DNA from: Lama guanicoe
Lineage: Eukaryota
Assembly: GCA_013239625.1 (NCBI GenBank)
Contig: MU056029.1
Span: 1,240,001-1,304,000 of the forward strand
Reading direction: 5' to 3'
DNA length: 64,000 nucleotides
Numbering within the stretch: position 1 is the stretch's first letter; each line of letters starts with the position of its first letter. Positions 14,741 to 29,141 of this stretch are shown piece after piece. Below the pieces are notes generated by a model, which was not told the origin of the DNA, did no database searches, and saw only the letters and a program-made list of their open reading frames with translations. The position numbers were made by a program, and so were the translations under genes.

Positions 14741-16919
14741 GTTTGGGGCTGTTTCTTTCAATGCAGTATACACGGCAGAGCCTGAGATGGTCAGTGCGAA
14801 AATGTGATCATATATAGAGCTATTCCTTGAATGGCCACCGGGAGACAGCACAGTCACATTTTTGCATGGTGATTGGCTGGCCCCAATTGTGCAGGGTAAA
14901 TAATTTACTTGAAGGAAATATATTCATGCTACATAGTTTTGATTTGTGGGTAATATACTTGAAGGATATTATACATATATAACTAGAAGTTTTTAACTAA
15001 GCCCTGGTATGTGAATGTGTGTATACACATACAAGCGTCCACATCCATCCATACAACACTAGTATCTCCTTAAAAAGGTCTTTCATGACACCAACAGATA
15101 CATTGGCCAAATCCTGACGTTTTTAAGATGACATTTTAATGACAAGACTCAATATATAATTTAAAAATTCACAAACATGGAAAATCACCAAGTGTGGAAT
15201 ACAGTCATGACACCCAGACCAAGGACAGTCACTTTGAAGTTCGGTGTGTACCATGCACATGTGTCCGGGTGTAGGAACACACGCATACACTTGTGCATAT
15301 CTGTGTGTGTCCACATATGACTCTCCTGTAGTTTTTAAGTGGTCTCAGTCTCTGAAAACTGCTTTGTAATTACCTTTATAATTTAAAATATATTGAAAAC
15401 CTTTACCCTTGTCATCAAAAACTGTTCTCAAGTTTTGTGATTTGTCGCATTCCATCAGTCCAGGATCCTGTCATGACATAGTCTCTAACAAACATATCCT
15501 TTCCATGTTTTCCTCTGTGATAAATGATATTGTCATGCAAGCACATAATTCTGTCCATTGGCTAAAGTCCAGGGATTGGCCAGGGGATAAGCCTTTCAAT
15601 ACATATTTCCAGATCACTCTCTAGAAAAACCATCCAGTCCCTCTCCCTCCAACAGCGGGAGCAGGGACGGCCTCTGGCACTGCCTCACTGACACTTCTCC
15701 TGTGAAACTGAAAAGAAGTCTCAGTCCGTTTTGCTACACAAGACGTGACCAGCAGTAGAAAAACCCATGTGTAACACTCACTCATCCCAAGATTTCCAGT
15801 CACATCAGTTTCTCTCCCTTTGGGAAACGAATCTCCCAGAACGATTTGTGTGCTCGCTTGACTGAGAATGACCTTTGTTCCTAAATGTGGGGCTGGGAGA
15901 CCTGGCTTTGCACTGCCGCCCTCACCTCGTCTCCCCATTGGGTGTGCGCCCACTCCCTCCCTCAGTTTTCTTGGGCACCAGACACCCAGACGGCTCCCTG
16001 AAGTCTCCTTCTCTCTGTCACCTGCCAGCCCCTGGGCTGAGCTCCTGAGTCACCTGGTCTGGAGCATTTGCCACCTGCATTTGACATCAGAGGATGGGAC
16101 CGTGTCTCCATCATACATGATCCTGTGTGATTTCATGCAGTCAGTGGGCTCTCGGTGCCTGGCTCCTGGGCTGGCCCTCAGGAGGAATTTACTGCACGTT
16201 GGCGAAGGAACCAAACACCTTCCTTAACCTAGGCCGTCTCACCACTCAGACCTTAGCTTGATAGATTTGAAAGGGGGATCTAGAAAAATTCTCTTCCACA
16301 GATGCACTCAGTGTTTAGGTTTCTGCCAGTGTCATGCAGATTCAGGCTTCTGCCTGGCTAACACGTTGTACTTGGGGGATACAAACAAATGAGGACTTTG
16401 TAATACAGGTTTCTTGCTTATTCACTTTCAAAACATGACTGGAATTATCTTGGGTCCGTTCACTCCAGTCAGTGGAGACTTTTGGGCTGTTAGACTGGAC
16501 CACTTCAGCCTTTGCAAGTGGGTCAACTCCAGCACATTTCTGTCTCCATAGGGCCTGACCGCACCGAGGCTGTCGGTCAGTCAGTCCTAGTGAGACAGAA
16601 GCCGGGCTGCTGTACTGTGCTCCCCTGCGCTGGCGTCTTGGGCTTCCCTCTCCAGGCAGGGACTTTCTTGGAAAGAAGCCCCCTGCAATCTCAGGGCCAC
16701 ATTTTCCCCAAGGTGCCGGGGAGGCTCTTGGGACCTCTCCTTGGAGGCGGTAGGTGGAGGCATTGGGTGGAAAGTCTTAGGCAGGTGCTGGCTAGGATCT
16801 TGGTCCCAGGCCCCATTCCCCCACCGCACAAAGGTAAGACCCAGGCGCTGGGTAATGTCGTATGGAAAGGACCTCAAGACCCGGGCTGCTAATTGCTTTT
16901 CAGAAAGGTCTATAGATAG

Positions 16920-17035
16920 CCTTCACTATGTGCCAGATACTTTAGACAGATAAAGTCATCTTCATAACACCCTAAGAATTCGGTACCATCATTATCCCTA
17001 TTCATAGATGAGGCAGATGAAGCAGGTGAAGATGG
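16920..17035 (-). mobile_element. MIR SINE fragment
   Basis: actatgtgccagatact...cattatccctattcatagatgagg. Confidence 0.5.
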
Positions 17036-17805
17036 ATACACAGGAATTAGGCTATCAGTGAAGTCCAAATGCCCAACTCAACTCCCTGTCCCTACTTTAA
17101 TGAAATATCTAAGAAAGATGCACGGTAAGCTGCGCGCTCTGTTCAGCCAACACCGGTGAGAATCACCTCCAGCAGGTGGCGCCCGTCCGCTTACTTTGAG
17201 GGCGCGGGGCCCGCGCTCAGGGACGCTTACACCAGCCCTGAGAAAGCGCTGGTTTCACCGGGAAACACGTTGAGGGAAAGCAAAGTGCTGTGTTTCTGGG
17301 GAGTGTTCCGGTTGGATGCAGTTGGCATGTCTGCAACCGACCTGAAGTTTCTCAGAGCCAGAAATGCTGTCCTCAGCCCCACACCCTCACCAGCGCGCAG
17401 CTGGCCGGCACCGACCCCCAAGCCATTGGGACATCAGGATGCTGACTCAGTGTCAGAGCTTCTGCAAAGGTCCTCCTGTCTCTCCGCCAGGGTTGGGGGC
17501 GGGGTGGGGAACACGAGGGGTCCCTCTTGTGAGCTAATGGTGGCCTCATCTCATGCATACTCTGTCCACGCCTTGAGTCTGAGATGAACCAGAAAGGTCA
17601 GCCAAGCACCTTAGGTCTCACGCAGTTCAGAGGGGTCACTGTCTCTCCGTCATGGGGCTAATGCCGCGAGGATTTCTGTATCTACCCTGGAAATAACCGT
17701 GCATGTTTCTGATGCTTGTGAATAAGAACGAAGGGATTGAGTCCTCAGATGCTTAAGGTTATTTCCCAACTGGATCATGAGTTTTGAGTTTTGTTTTTCC
17801 TATAA

Positions 17806-17992
17806 TCTGTGCTGCCTGATACAGTAGCCGTTGTGTCTTAATGTTAAGCTTAATGTTAAATAAAATTCAAAATTCAGGTTCTCGGTACTAGCCACATTTT
17901 AAGTGGTCAGTAGCTAGTGTGAACAGTGGCTTCAGTATCGGACAGCACAGATACAGGACATTCATATCATCACAGAAAGTTCAGTTGGACAT
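17806..17992. mobile_element. MER3/MER33-like hAT-Charlie non-autonomous DNA transposon fragment
   Basis: tgtgctgcctgatacagtagcc...actagccacattttaagtggtcagtagc...ggacagcacagata...catcacagaaagttc. Confidence 0.6.
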
Positions 17993-18211
17993 CCAGCAGA
18001 AGCTAAGAGAGGGCAGAAACGTCTCTTAGGGGTCGTATTTTTCCCACTGGCCCTGATCATAGTTGCACACACAGCACGCGGACCAGCAGCAGCCAGCTTT
18101 TCCTGTAACGCATCAGAGGAAGGGACGAAGGGTCAGAGGACTCCAGGAATCCTCGGGCTTCAAACAGATTTTTAAAATAGTCTTGAAGAAAGTTAAAGCA
18201 TTTATGATACA

Positions 18212-21200
18212 TTTGTTTTTAATGTATTTATTTTCTAGTTTTACTGAGATAATTGACATATAATGCTGTATAAGATGAAGGTGTACCTCCATCACATCCC
18301 ATAATTACCAAGTCTGTTTTTGTGGTGAGAACAATTTAGATCTATCTTCTTAGCAACTTCTAAGTATGTAATGCAGTTTTGTAACTATAATCACCATTCT
18401 TCAACATGACGTGCCTAGAACTTACTTATTTTTTAGCTAGATGTTTGTAACTTTATACTGACATCTCCCCAGCCCCTGGTACAACCCATCTATTCTCTGT
18501 TTCTGTAAGTGTGGCTGTTTTAGATTCCACATGTAAGCAGTCTTATACGGTATTTGTCTTTCTCAGTCTGACATTTCATTTAGCACAATGCCTTCAAGGT
18601 TTGTCCATTTTGTGGCAAGTGGCAGAATTGTCTTATTTCTCATGACCAAATAACATTCCATTGCAAGTACGTGTGTGTGTGTATATCACATCCTCTTTAT
18701 CCAGTCATGCAGAGAAAGACACTTAAGTTGTTTTTATATCTTGTCTATTGTGAGAAAAACACAGCAATGAACATGAGAGTTCAGATAGCTTTTCAAGTTA
18801 GCATTTTCATTTCCTTTGGGTATCTAGTCACAAGTGAAATGGCTGGATCATACAGTAGTTCTACTTCTAATTTTTTGAGGAACCTCCATACTCTTTTCTG
18901 TAATGGCTGCACCAAACTTAGATTCTCACTAGCAGTGTACAAGTGTCCCCTTTTCTCCACATCCTTGCCGACACTTGTTTGCTGTTGTCTTTTTGAGGGT
19001 AGCCATTCTGACAGGTGATCATCTCATTTTGGGTTTGCATTTGCCTTTCCCTGTTGACTAGCGATGTTGAGAATCTTCATGTACCTGTTGGCCACCTGCA
19101 TGTCTTCTTTGGGAGAATGTCTTTTCATTTCCTCCGCCCATTTTTAAGATTGAATTGTTCAGTTTTTTTCCTTATTAAGTAGTATGAGCTCTTTATATGT
19201 TTGGAAAACAACCCTTTATCAAGTATATGATTTGCAAATAGTTTCTCCCATTCCGTAACTTGCTTTTTCACTTTGATGAGTGTTTCTTTTGATCTGCAAG
19301 AGCTTTTCAGTTTGTGTTGTCCCACTTATTAGTTTTTGCTTTTGTTGCTATATCCAAAAAAATTGTTGCCATGACCAGTGTCAGGGAACTTTTCCCTCAT
19401 GTTTTCTTCCAGCAGTTTCATGGTATCAGGTTTTATGTTTAAGTCTTTGACCTATTTCAGGTTCATTCTTGTGCGTGGGGTCTGATTTCATTCTTATGCA
19501 TGTGGTTATACAATTTTCCCAACACTAAGTATTGAAGAGACAATTCTTTTCCCTACGAGTGTCCTAGGTTCCTTTGTCAAATATTAATTAACTGGATGTC
19601 CAAGGGCTCACTTCTGGACTCTTGATTCCTTTCCATTTGGTCTGTGTTTCTATTTCTAAGTCAGTATTAAGCAATACTGCTTTCGTCACTATAGCTTTGT
19701 AGTATAGTTGAAATCTGGACGTGTGGTGCCTCCAGCTCTGTTCATCTTCCTCAGGATTGCTTTTGCTTTTGCAGTTCCATGCAAATTGTAGGATTGCTTT
19801 TCTGTCTCTGTGAAAAATGCCTTTTGGGATTTTGGTACAGATTGCATTGAGTCTGTAAATGACTTTGGTTAATATGGACATTTTACCAATATTGATTCTT
19901 CCAATCCATGAACATGAGATTTTTTTTTTCCATTTGTGTCTTTTTCAATTTCTTTCATCAAAACCATGTAGTTTTTGGTGAACAGATCTTTCACCGCCTT
20001 GGTTACATTTATTCCTAAGTATTTTATTGTTTTCGGTGCTATTGTAAATGGCATTGTTTGCTTTATTTCTTTTTCAGATTTTTTTGAATTGGTGTATAGA
20101 AATAGAACTGACTTCTGTCTGTTGATTTTGTATCCTGGAACTTTACTGGATTCTTTGATTAGTTCTAAAAGGTTTCTGATGGAGTTTTTAGGATTTTCTA
20201 TATATAAGATTGTATCATTTGAAAACAAAGACAGTTTTAGTTCTTTCTGATGTGAGTGCATTTTCTTTCTTTTTCTTGTCGGGTTGCTCTGACTAGGACA
20301 CTCAGTAACTATGTCACATGGGAATGGTAAGAGTGAGCACTTTTGTTCCTGATAGAGGAAAAGCGTTCAAACTTTCACCACTGAGTGTGACATTAGCTGT
20401 GGTCTTGGCATATATTGCCTTTCTTACATTGAGGTATATTCCTTTTATACCCAAATCGTTGAATATTTTTGTCATGAAAGGATGAATACTTTTTCTGTAT
20501 CTTCTGAGACGATCATATGATTTTTAGCTTTTATTCTGTTTATGTGGTGTATCTTATTTATTGATTTGTGTATGTGACTCACCCTTGCATCTCTGGAATA
20601 AATCCACTTGATTGTGGTGTATGATCTCTTTAATATGCTGTTGAATTTGGTTTACTAACATTTTGTTATGAATTTTTGCATCTAAATTAATCCAGGATAC
20701 TGGTCTGTAGTTTCCTTGCAGTGTCCTTCTCTGGCTTTGGTACCAGGGTGATGCTGGCCTTGTAAAATGAATTTGGGAGTGTTCTCCCTCCTTCAGTGTT
20801 TTCAAAGAATTCAGTGTTTTGAGAAGGACTGACGTTAATTCTCTCAACGCTTGGCAGAAATCATGAGTGAAAGCCTCTGATCCTAGGCTTTTCTTTGTTG
20901 GGAGGGTTACTGATTCAATCTCCTTGCTCATTTTCCATCGTTCATATTTTCTGTTCCTGATCCAGCCTTGGTAGCTTGTGTGTTTCTGGGGATTTCTCCA
21001 TCTCCTCCAGGTCATTCAGCTTGTTAGCATATAGTTGTCCATGGTAGTCTTTTAGGATCCTTTGTATTTTTGGTATTAGTTGCAACACTTCCTCTTTTAT
21101 TTCTGATTTTATTTATTTGTGTCTTCTTTTTTTCTTAGTCGAGCTAAAGGTTTGTCAGTTTTGTTTATCACTAAAAAAACCCAGCTCTTAGTTTGGTTAA

Positions 21201-22225
21201 TCTTTGTTTTTTTCTGGTCTCTCTTTTTAAAAGTTCTGCTCTGATTTGTTATTTCATTCTTCTGCTCACTTCGGGTTTAGTTTGTTCTTCTTCTCATTCC
21301 TTGAGGTGTGAAGTTGAGTGCTTATTTTGAGATTTTCCCCCCCATTCTAGACATTCGTCTGTGAAATCCCTCCCCGCATTGCTTTCACAGCATTCCGCAG
21401 GTCTCTGTGTGTGGTATTTCCATTTTCATTTGCTTCAGGATATTGTTTGTTCTCCCTTTTCATTTCTTCTTCGGCTCATTGGTTGTTCAAGAGCGTGTTA
21501 TTTAATTTCTATATATTTGTGAATTTTTCAGTTTTCTTCCTATTGTTGATTTCTAGTTTCCTACCACTGTGGTTAGAAAAGACATTTGTTATGACTTCAG
21601 TCGTCTTACACTTGCTGAGACTTTTTGTGTCCTGTCATATCCTGGAGCATGTTCCACGTGCACCTGAGAGGAATGTGTGCTCTGCTGCTCTTGGGTGGGA
21701 TGCTCTGTGCATGTGTATTAGGGCCATAGGCCTAAAGTACGCTTGCTGCTAGTCCAGCTGTCCTTATTTCCTGTCTGGATGCTATGTGTATTGTTGAAAG
21801 TGGGGTTTGAATTTCCCTACTATTACTGTACTGTCATCTATTTCTTCCTTCAAATCTGTCAGTATTTGCTTAATATATTTAGGTGTTTTGATGTTGGGGG
21901 CATATATATTTAAGAGTGTTATATCATCTTGATGAATTGACCTGTATTCATCATATAATGACCTTGTTTGTCTCTTCTTACAGTTTTGGCTTAAAGTCTG
22001 TTTTGTCTGATGTAAGTACAGTTATCTTTGCTTTCCTTTGGTTTCCACTTGGATTTTCCATACCTTTACTTTGAGCCACTTAACTTTAAGGAAAGTTAAC
22101 ATGAGTCTCTTGTGGGCTACGTATAATTGGGTCTTATTTTTTAATCCTTTAACCCACTCTGTATCTTTTGATTAGAGAATTCAATCCGTGTACTTTTATA
22201 CTAAATAATTATTGTTAGGCAAGGA
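18212..22225 (-). mobile_element. ~4-kb decayed LINE-1 (3'UTR plus most of ORF2), antisense to GABRA5
   Basis: Minus-strand ORF fragments are recognisable L1 ORF2p pieces: KLKSSCRSKETLIKVKKQVTEWEKLFANH (19125-19325), MSILTKVIYRLNAI (19588-19881), LKLSLFSNDTILYIENPK (decayed FADD motif, 19869-20261), NYRPVSWINLDAKI (20554-21015); many stops and frameshifts. Confidence 0.93.
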
Positions 22226-22234
22226 CTTTCGATT

Positions 22235-23190
22235 GCAGTGGTGGCCAGAGCCAGTGGTAGCAGTGTGCTGCAGGGGCCAGTGGCAGACACACATGTAGTG
22301 GTGTGGGCCAAGACAGGCAGCAGGGGCTGGGTCAGCTGCGGGATCACTGGCAGCCCTGGCTGGCTGTGTGCATGTGCGGTTGCTGGATCATGCCATGGGC
22401 AGGCAGCGGTGGAGACAGATGTTGGGTCAGGCTGGGGGCATGCTGGGGCTGGCTGCAGGTGAGTGCAGTGGGCAGATCAATGACAGAAGACAGGGCCTGA
22501 TCCGGGCCCACTAGCAGTGGTGGGGGCCTTGGCTCTCGGCGTGCTACCCTGAGGCTGCAGCCTCCCGTGGGTGTGTGCACTGTGGTGGAAGACAGCAACG
22601 TGCAGGTGCCCCGCCAGTGCAGGTGGCCTCCGGTGCATGCATGGTAGGGGCATCAGCTGTAGGTGTCTGGGCTGGAAGTCATGCAGCCGCAGAGGCCTGG
22701 GCTGGCTGCTGGTGTGGTGCCCAGGCTCTGGCAGGGGCCCAGGGGAGGGACCAGGGAAAGACTCCAGCAGCTGGTGGCAATGAAATACCCACAGGGTGGA
22801 AGCTGGGGAATCTGCAGGGGCTCAGCTGTGGCTGTGCTGGCCTTTGCTTTCCTCTGTGGCAACATGTGTTGATTATGCCTGCAGAGCAGGTCCCTTTGAG
22901 GCACTGTCACTCCCGCTGTGTGGCTACCACTAGTGCCCCTGCTTTTCCTCCATGTCCCCAGCCGTGTCTGTAATCCAGCTTTGCCAGTCTGGGTGGGATG
23001 TAAGTGAAACAGGACTTTCACATAGTGCGGGTCCCCTCAGAAAGGCTGGGGACCCTGCTGGCTCACAGGCTCTTCCTCTCCGGGAGGTGGAAGGTGGCCC
23101 CCAGAGCTGGCCTCTTCACAGGCAGCAGTTTAATTGTTGCTCTTCGTGGAGGAATGCAGACCACGGTCTCCAGAATGCTACCATGCCCTA
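22235..23190 (-). mobile_element. GC-rich segment abutting the L1, possibly an L1 5'UTR remnant
   Basis: Abrupt AT-to-GC switch at ~22235 directly after the L1 endonuclease region; resemblance to old L1 5' ends is from memory only. Confidence 0.35.
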
Positions 23191-26100
23191 CAGTCTTTTA
23201 ATGGGCGATTTTTTTTAAAAGCAATTTTAAATGGATTAATAATCAAATAGACTGTAAATATTTTTAAAGACATCCAATAAGAAAATAATAAACATTGTTA
23301 ATCTAATTTTTATTATTGAACTTATCTTTTATTTCCAATTGAATCTAATTTTTTTCTCACAATGCTCCAGGCAATATTAGTAAGGTCAATAAACACACAC
23401 CATTAAATATAAACATGGGAAATATTATTTTCTATTAGCTTTAAAACCCAGAGAAGAGGAAGACCATGGAAGACAAGAGTAGGGGGGGCCCTCTGAGTTG
23501 GTCATGGGCCCAAGAAAGTCTCCTCTAAGGCACTTGGTGATTGTGGCCAGAAGGACAATACGGCCCTGGCTGGGTGTCCTGAGCCAGCAATTGAGGACTG
23601 AAGGAAAGGCTGATGCAGGGAGTGAGGTCCACCTTAGTGCACGGGGCTCTGTCATGGTTTAAGCTTAGGTGTCTGCTGCTTTGTGGGAAAAATCGCGTGG
23701 GGGAATGAGGCTTCCGGGTGGAATCACGGTGCTGTTCGGGGGTGACTGCCACATCTAGGCAGTACACGAGGGCAGCCCCACTGGAGGCAGAGAGATGGCA
23801 ATGAGGAGAAATGGACAGAGTCAAGGTGGAGGGAGAACTGAAACGGAGAGATGCGTGAGAGGTGGCAGAAAGGACTCCTGGATCCGTCTTGCAGAAGCAG
23901 TGATGCTCCCAAGGTAATGGCTGGAGGAAGACCGCATGGGGACACCTGAAGGGCACCAGGGTTTCTCAGAAGGGTCAGAGGAAGGTTGAATTCCATTTTA
24001 ACGACTCCTGCAGCTCTGAGACTGCTGAATGAAGATACCGAGCACACACAAAACTCAGTCAAAGTAGACGTTTCGTGTTTGGCTCAACCCTTTCCCTGGG
24101 TGCCAAGCGGCAGCGGCCAAGCCCTGAGCGGCGGGCGCTGCCGGCTTCACCGCCCCGGGCTCACCTGCACCGGGGCGCTCCGTCAGCCCCCTCACCCCGC
24201 AGCTTTGCTCTGCTCCCCTCCTCGGATAACGGAAAACGGTACCTCCTTCTGGAGGACATGCTCCTCCTCCCTCCCCGCCTGGTTTTCCTGGTGCACGATT
24301 GTGCTTCTGGAAGGATGTCCCTGGAGATGTCAGCGCTAGATGCGAGCACTGTGTGCGGCGCATGCGTGGATGGGCCAGGGGTGGTGGTGAGTGAATGAGC
24401 CTTAATCTTTCGACCGAAAGCATATTATTAAACCATTACACGGGGGAGAGGGAGGCAAGACGGAAGATCTGCTTGGGCTGTTTCCCTGTGTGTTAATTTA
24501 AATAACTAAGCAAGGATCATGGGAGCTGTCCTGTCAGCCAGGCTGACTGCCTCCTGTCCTCCCCTCCTCAGCCCTGCACTTAACCATCTTTTTCTCCCCA
24601 CCTGCTCTATCCCTTCCTCAATTTACAGTTATTTGAAAGAACTTTAGAGGGTGCATCCCACCCCATCCGTGGAACCTGATGTCAAGGAGATGCAGGCAGG
24701 CGGGTGTATGACCTGCCTTCCTGGGCTGGTGGGCGGGGATAGGGCGGGTTAACAGAGGTGAGGGGCTGTCTGATCCAAGTCTTAAGGAGGCACGGCTGTT
24801 GGGGTGAGGAGTAGAGTTGCAAGGGTGTTAGTTCTAGACACAGGGACAAAAATGTGCAAAAAATGTGAAAATTGGAGTCAGACAGAAGAAATATAAAAAG
24901 TGTGTGATGATCTCTTAGAAGAACAGACCTACAAGGTGGGCAAGGACCGACTCCTTGCATCCAGGGCTGGGCACTTTTGCTTTGGGGCACCAGGAAATTC
25001 TTGCACAAGGATCAAACCTGTCCTGACCCCCACACTGGCCACATCTCTCCTTTCCTCCCTGAATGTGCTGGAGTCACAGGTTCCACTGTTCCTCTGTGAC
25101 ATGCTGAGAGCCCGTGGTGCTCAGGGCTTCACCATCATCTGTTTATAAAAGCTGGTCTGTGGCTGTCAAGGACCAAGCCGGTCAGATCCAGTTTCCCTCA
25201 CTGTCCTTCATCTTAAACCCCCTGGCCTTCTGAACACTGGGGCATGAACTCTCCTGACAAGCGTTCACCCCTCTCAGTGCAGAGGCCTGTGTTTCCCTGT
25301 GTCCCCCACTCGCCAGACCCCTCCTTTGTCTCAGCCACTCGAGGTGCGTGGTGTGCCCTCCGGTCGGGAGGCTGGGTGTGTGTTTGGCTCTGTCCTGTAG
25401 GGGGTTGAACAGAGACATGAGACTCTGTCAAAAAGCCACACAGACCTAGAGACACAGTCACATCAACAGAACCTCGGGCCCTGGGATAGCTTGCCTTCTT
25501 GTCTCACTGCCGGGTTTCTTCTCTGAAAATTCTTCTGTTTCCATGGCCCAAACTATCTATTTACTTACATGCTGGAAAACACAAGCCCTGATTTCATCCT
25601 GTGTGGTCCCCGGCTCCCACTGGCCAGGAGGACATGCCCTCTTGCACATTTGCCAAGATCTGACACGCAGCCCAGAGCTCTTCTCAGATAGCATCTGCTT
25701 CCCTGGCGTTTTGTGGACCAGCTGGTTCCTTTTCATTGTTTCTCTGTCAGGTGGTGCTAGCCTGTCTTTTCCAGCCCCGGCTACCGGGGGGCCTAGCCAT
25801 CACTCACGTCCTGCCCTGCTGGCCAGCCTCCCTCCGGCCCCTCACCTCCGCCGGGAATGTTGCCATGGCACTTGGCTGACTCTTGGCTCTCGGGGAGTCA
25901 TTCTGAATTATTCATTCTGAACACAGAAGCCAAGACAATTTAAAACACTCTGAGTGTCCCTTGTGAGGGCCACAGAGCTTGTTAATTAACTTGCAAGTTC
26001 TTGACTCAACGCCAACTTGTGCGCGGGCTCAGGAACCCTTCCCCTCGGGCGGGGGTCCTAACTGCGCCGCTAAGTGTGCCACGTGGGAGACGCCTTGTAA

Positions 26101-26773
26101 CTTCTCTTCGTTTGTGAGATGGGTGTAAAAGTAGTGCCCGACTTCCAGGGCTGTTGGGAATGTAAGTGAAAAGAGCTTTTTCACAGCACCTGGCCCAGAG
26201 GAAGCCCGTTCAGTCCTTGTCAGCCAGGCTGGGCCAGGGTCTCAGTGAGAGCTGGGTGGACCCTCCACCACGTGCTGTCCTACAAAATGATGTAGGGGTC
26301 CCGGCCCTCCTCCCTTTAATGACACATTTTACCCCCAGGTTATCAGTTTACATCCTTCCTGCCTTGAACTGTCTTGGAATCCCAGCACCTCTGACTGCTC
26401 TTTCACTTTGTATCATACAAGGATGTAAAGATTACTTGGAATACATTTTCTTTCTTTTTAAAGGCTCTGAGGTGTCTCTGAGTGGGTGTTAATGTTGCCC
26501 CCAACGGAGCCAAAAATGTCTCGGTGTCCCTGCAAGGCAGCCACAAAAGAGCTTTTCAAAAGATCTCATGAAAAGGCATGCGAAATGGACCATAACGTCT
26601 CACAAGTTCAAAAGTCTTCACCCTCCCCCCTTTTAAAGTCACTTTTCAACAATCCAAATTTAACTAATTCAGGTAGGTTTCCTCATTGTCTGTTTCTGTC
26701 TGTATGACGTCATTTGTCAAGTCAGAAGAGCGGTGGGGGGCTGCTGCAGGTCAGAGGCGAATGAGTTAGATAC

Positions 26774-27155
26774 TGTTATGGGCTAAATGGTGCATCCCCC
26801 CAAAATTTACACATTAAAGCCCTAACCCCCAGTTCCTCCGAATGTGACCATGTTTGGAGACAGGTCCTTTAAAGATGCAATGAAGTTAAAAAGAAGTCTT
26901 AGAAGTGGGCCCTAATCCACCATGTCTGGCGTCCTTATAAGAAGAGTTCAGGACACAGACAGGACACAGAGGGAAGACCGTGTGAGGGCAGACACAGGGA
27001 GAAGGCAGCCGTCTGTAAGGCAAGGAGAGAGGCCTCTGGAGGAGCCAGCACCACTTTAATCTGACTTCTGACCTCCAGATCTGTGAGAAAATTCACTTCT
27101 GTTGTCTTAGCCGCTGAGTCTGTGACACTGCTTTGGTAGTCCCAGCAAACTGGCA
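26774..27155 (+). mobile_element. Solo MaLR LTR (MLT1A/B-like)
   Basis: Starts tgttatgggctaaatgg...ccctaacccccag...gaatgtgacc...tttggagacagg...gggccctaatcca...gtccttataagaagag...acctccagatctgtgagaaaat. Confidence 0.85.
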
Positions 27156-28601
27156 TGGGCATCAGTGAGACGCTACAGCACCGTACAAACCGTCCCAACC
27201 CGCGACGCAGCGCTGCCCCACCTGCACGTTCAAGGTGCCCATTTCTTTACAAACTTGGAGAAGTACAATTTATTCACTGATAAAATCTAAAGTTTCAGAG
27301 TTCGTGTCTCCCACCTGTCTACTGGTGATTAGGTGAGTGGAACCTAATTCTCCTTGTCACTTCCTCTGTCTCGTGTTCAGCTTCTCCCTGCAGGTACCTG
27401 CGTCTGTGCTCTGCAGACCTGGTGCAGACCAGCCAGCGCCACTTGCTGGGCGCTCACTGTGTACTGGAGATAAAGGCAACCCAGGAGGGGACTTTTCAGT
27501 GCATGTTTTATCACAGTTTTCTAAAAATAATGCACCTTTCCTAAGTTGATGGCACTTGGGGACTGGCAGCCTTGAGCTCAGTAATTGGACAGATAGTGAG
27601 AAAACCTGAAACCCTTCCTGATTAGTGAAACTCCATACAGCCCCAAATCTGTGTCTGGCCATTTAGCGGGAATGACAGACTCACAAAATGAGTTGCTCTA
27701 GTAGAAAGGAGAGAATTCTGAAATGTGAAGTGGAAGGAGGAGATTGATGGTCAGACCACAGTCAGGGAAACTGAGAAGGAATGATACTGATTGGCAGATC
27801 TGGGTAGAAAATCACTGAGTCTCTGAGTCTGAACAAAGAAATCCCCACTGCCCAGTGAGTGGAGGCCAACAGAAGATGTAATCCAAGCCCTTGTGTTACA
27901 GAGCACGGGGCCCTACTCAGGTGGGGCTCAGCCCTTTCGGCCTCACCCGGCACACCAAGGGTCTGTCTCCTCACCCACGTGCTTCAACACCACCCATTCT
28001 AACAGCTCCCCCCAAAGAGGGGTGTGGCGTCACCATTCAAAAGATTCTGGGTTGTTGAAACAAAATAACGCTAAGATAAGTAAGATAAATCCTGCTCAAA
28101 TCGTCCATTATCTGCAGCATTCAGAATTCTGGAAGAAGCGATGCAGGGACGGAAGCCTGTGGCGTCTGTGGCGTGGAAGCCTGGCCCGAGGCTGCGCCCT
28201 GGGGGCGCTGAAGTCCCGGGCCAGCGTGCCCTGTGACCTGTCTGTGAGGGGGGCTGGTGTTTTCCTGTTCGCTGTTTCACTCGTCCAGTCTTCAGTATTT
28301 CCTTCCTCCAGTTAGCTGTGGGTTCAGTTTATTCTTCTTTTTCTAGTTCCTTAGTATGTAAAATTAGGTTATTGATTTGAACGCTTGCTTCCCTCCTAAG
28401 GCAGGCGTTTGCAGCCTGAGCTTACCCCCGAGCGCCGCTTTTGCTGCATCTCAGAGGTTTTCATGTGCTGTTTCTGTTTTCCTTCATCTCAAAGGTCCTT
28501 TCTCATTTCGCTTGTGATTTATTCTTTGACCTGTTTGCTATTCAGCAGTGTGTTGTTCAGCTTCCACGTATTTGTGGAATTTTCCATTTTCTTCTGTTAT
28601 T

Positions 28602-28747
28602 AAAAAATTTTTTTAATTTTGTTTTTGTTGGGGGAGTAATTAGCTTTATATATTTATTTATTTTTTAAGTGGAGGTACTGGGGATTGAACTCAGGAACTT
28701 GTGCATGCTAAGCACGTGCTCTGCCATTGAACTATACCCCCTCACCC
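28602..28747 (-). mobile_element. Vic-1-like tRNA-derived SINE
   Basis: Reverse complement reads gggtatagttcaatggcagagcacgtgcttagcatgcac...gagttcaatccccagtacctcc plus AT-rich tail; target-site duplication (TSD) tctgttatt at 28593-28601 and 28748-28756. Confidence 0.88.
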
Positions 28748-29141
28748 TCTGTTATTGATTTTTAATTTCATTCCTTTGTGGTCAGAGGAGATGCTTTGTA
28801 TATTTCAGTGTTTTTAAATGTATTGAGACTTGGCTGAACAGATGGTCTATCTGGGGTGAAGTCCACGGGACTTCAGCGTATAGTGTATATTCTGCTGTTG
28901 TTGTGTGGAGTTCTCTGCACATGTCTGGTAGGTCTAGTTGGGTTACAGGTGTAGTTGAAATCTTCTGTTTTCCTGTCATTATTCTGTCCAGCTTTTCTAA
29001 CCATGATCAAAAGTGTGATATTGAAGTCTCCAAATACTATTGTAGAACTGTCTTATTTTTTCCTGAATTTTGTCAGTCTTTGCCTCATATATTTTTTAAG
29101 GTTCTGTATGAGGTTCATATATGTTTATAATTTCTATATAT

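Noticed and set aside
19125..21015. ORFs with reverse-transcriptase-like peptides
   Set aside because: Fragments of a dead L1 with frameshifts, stops and a decayed catalytic motif (FSND in place of FADD); not a functional gene.
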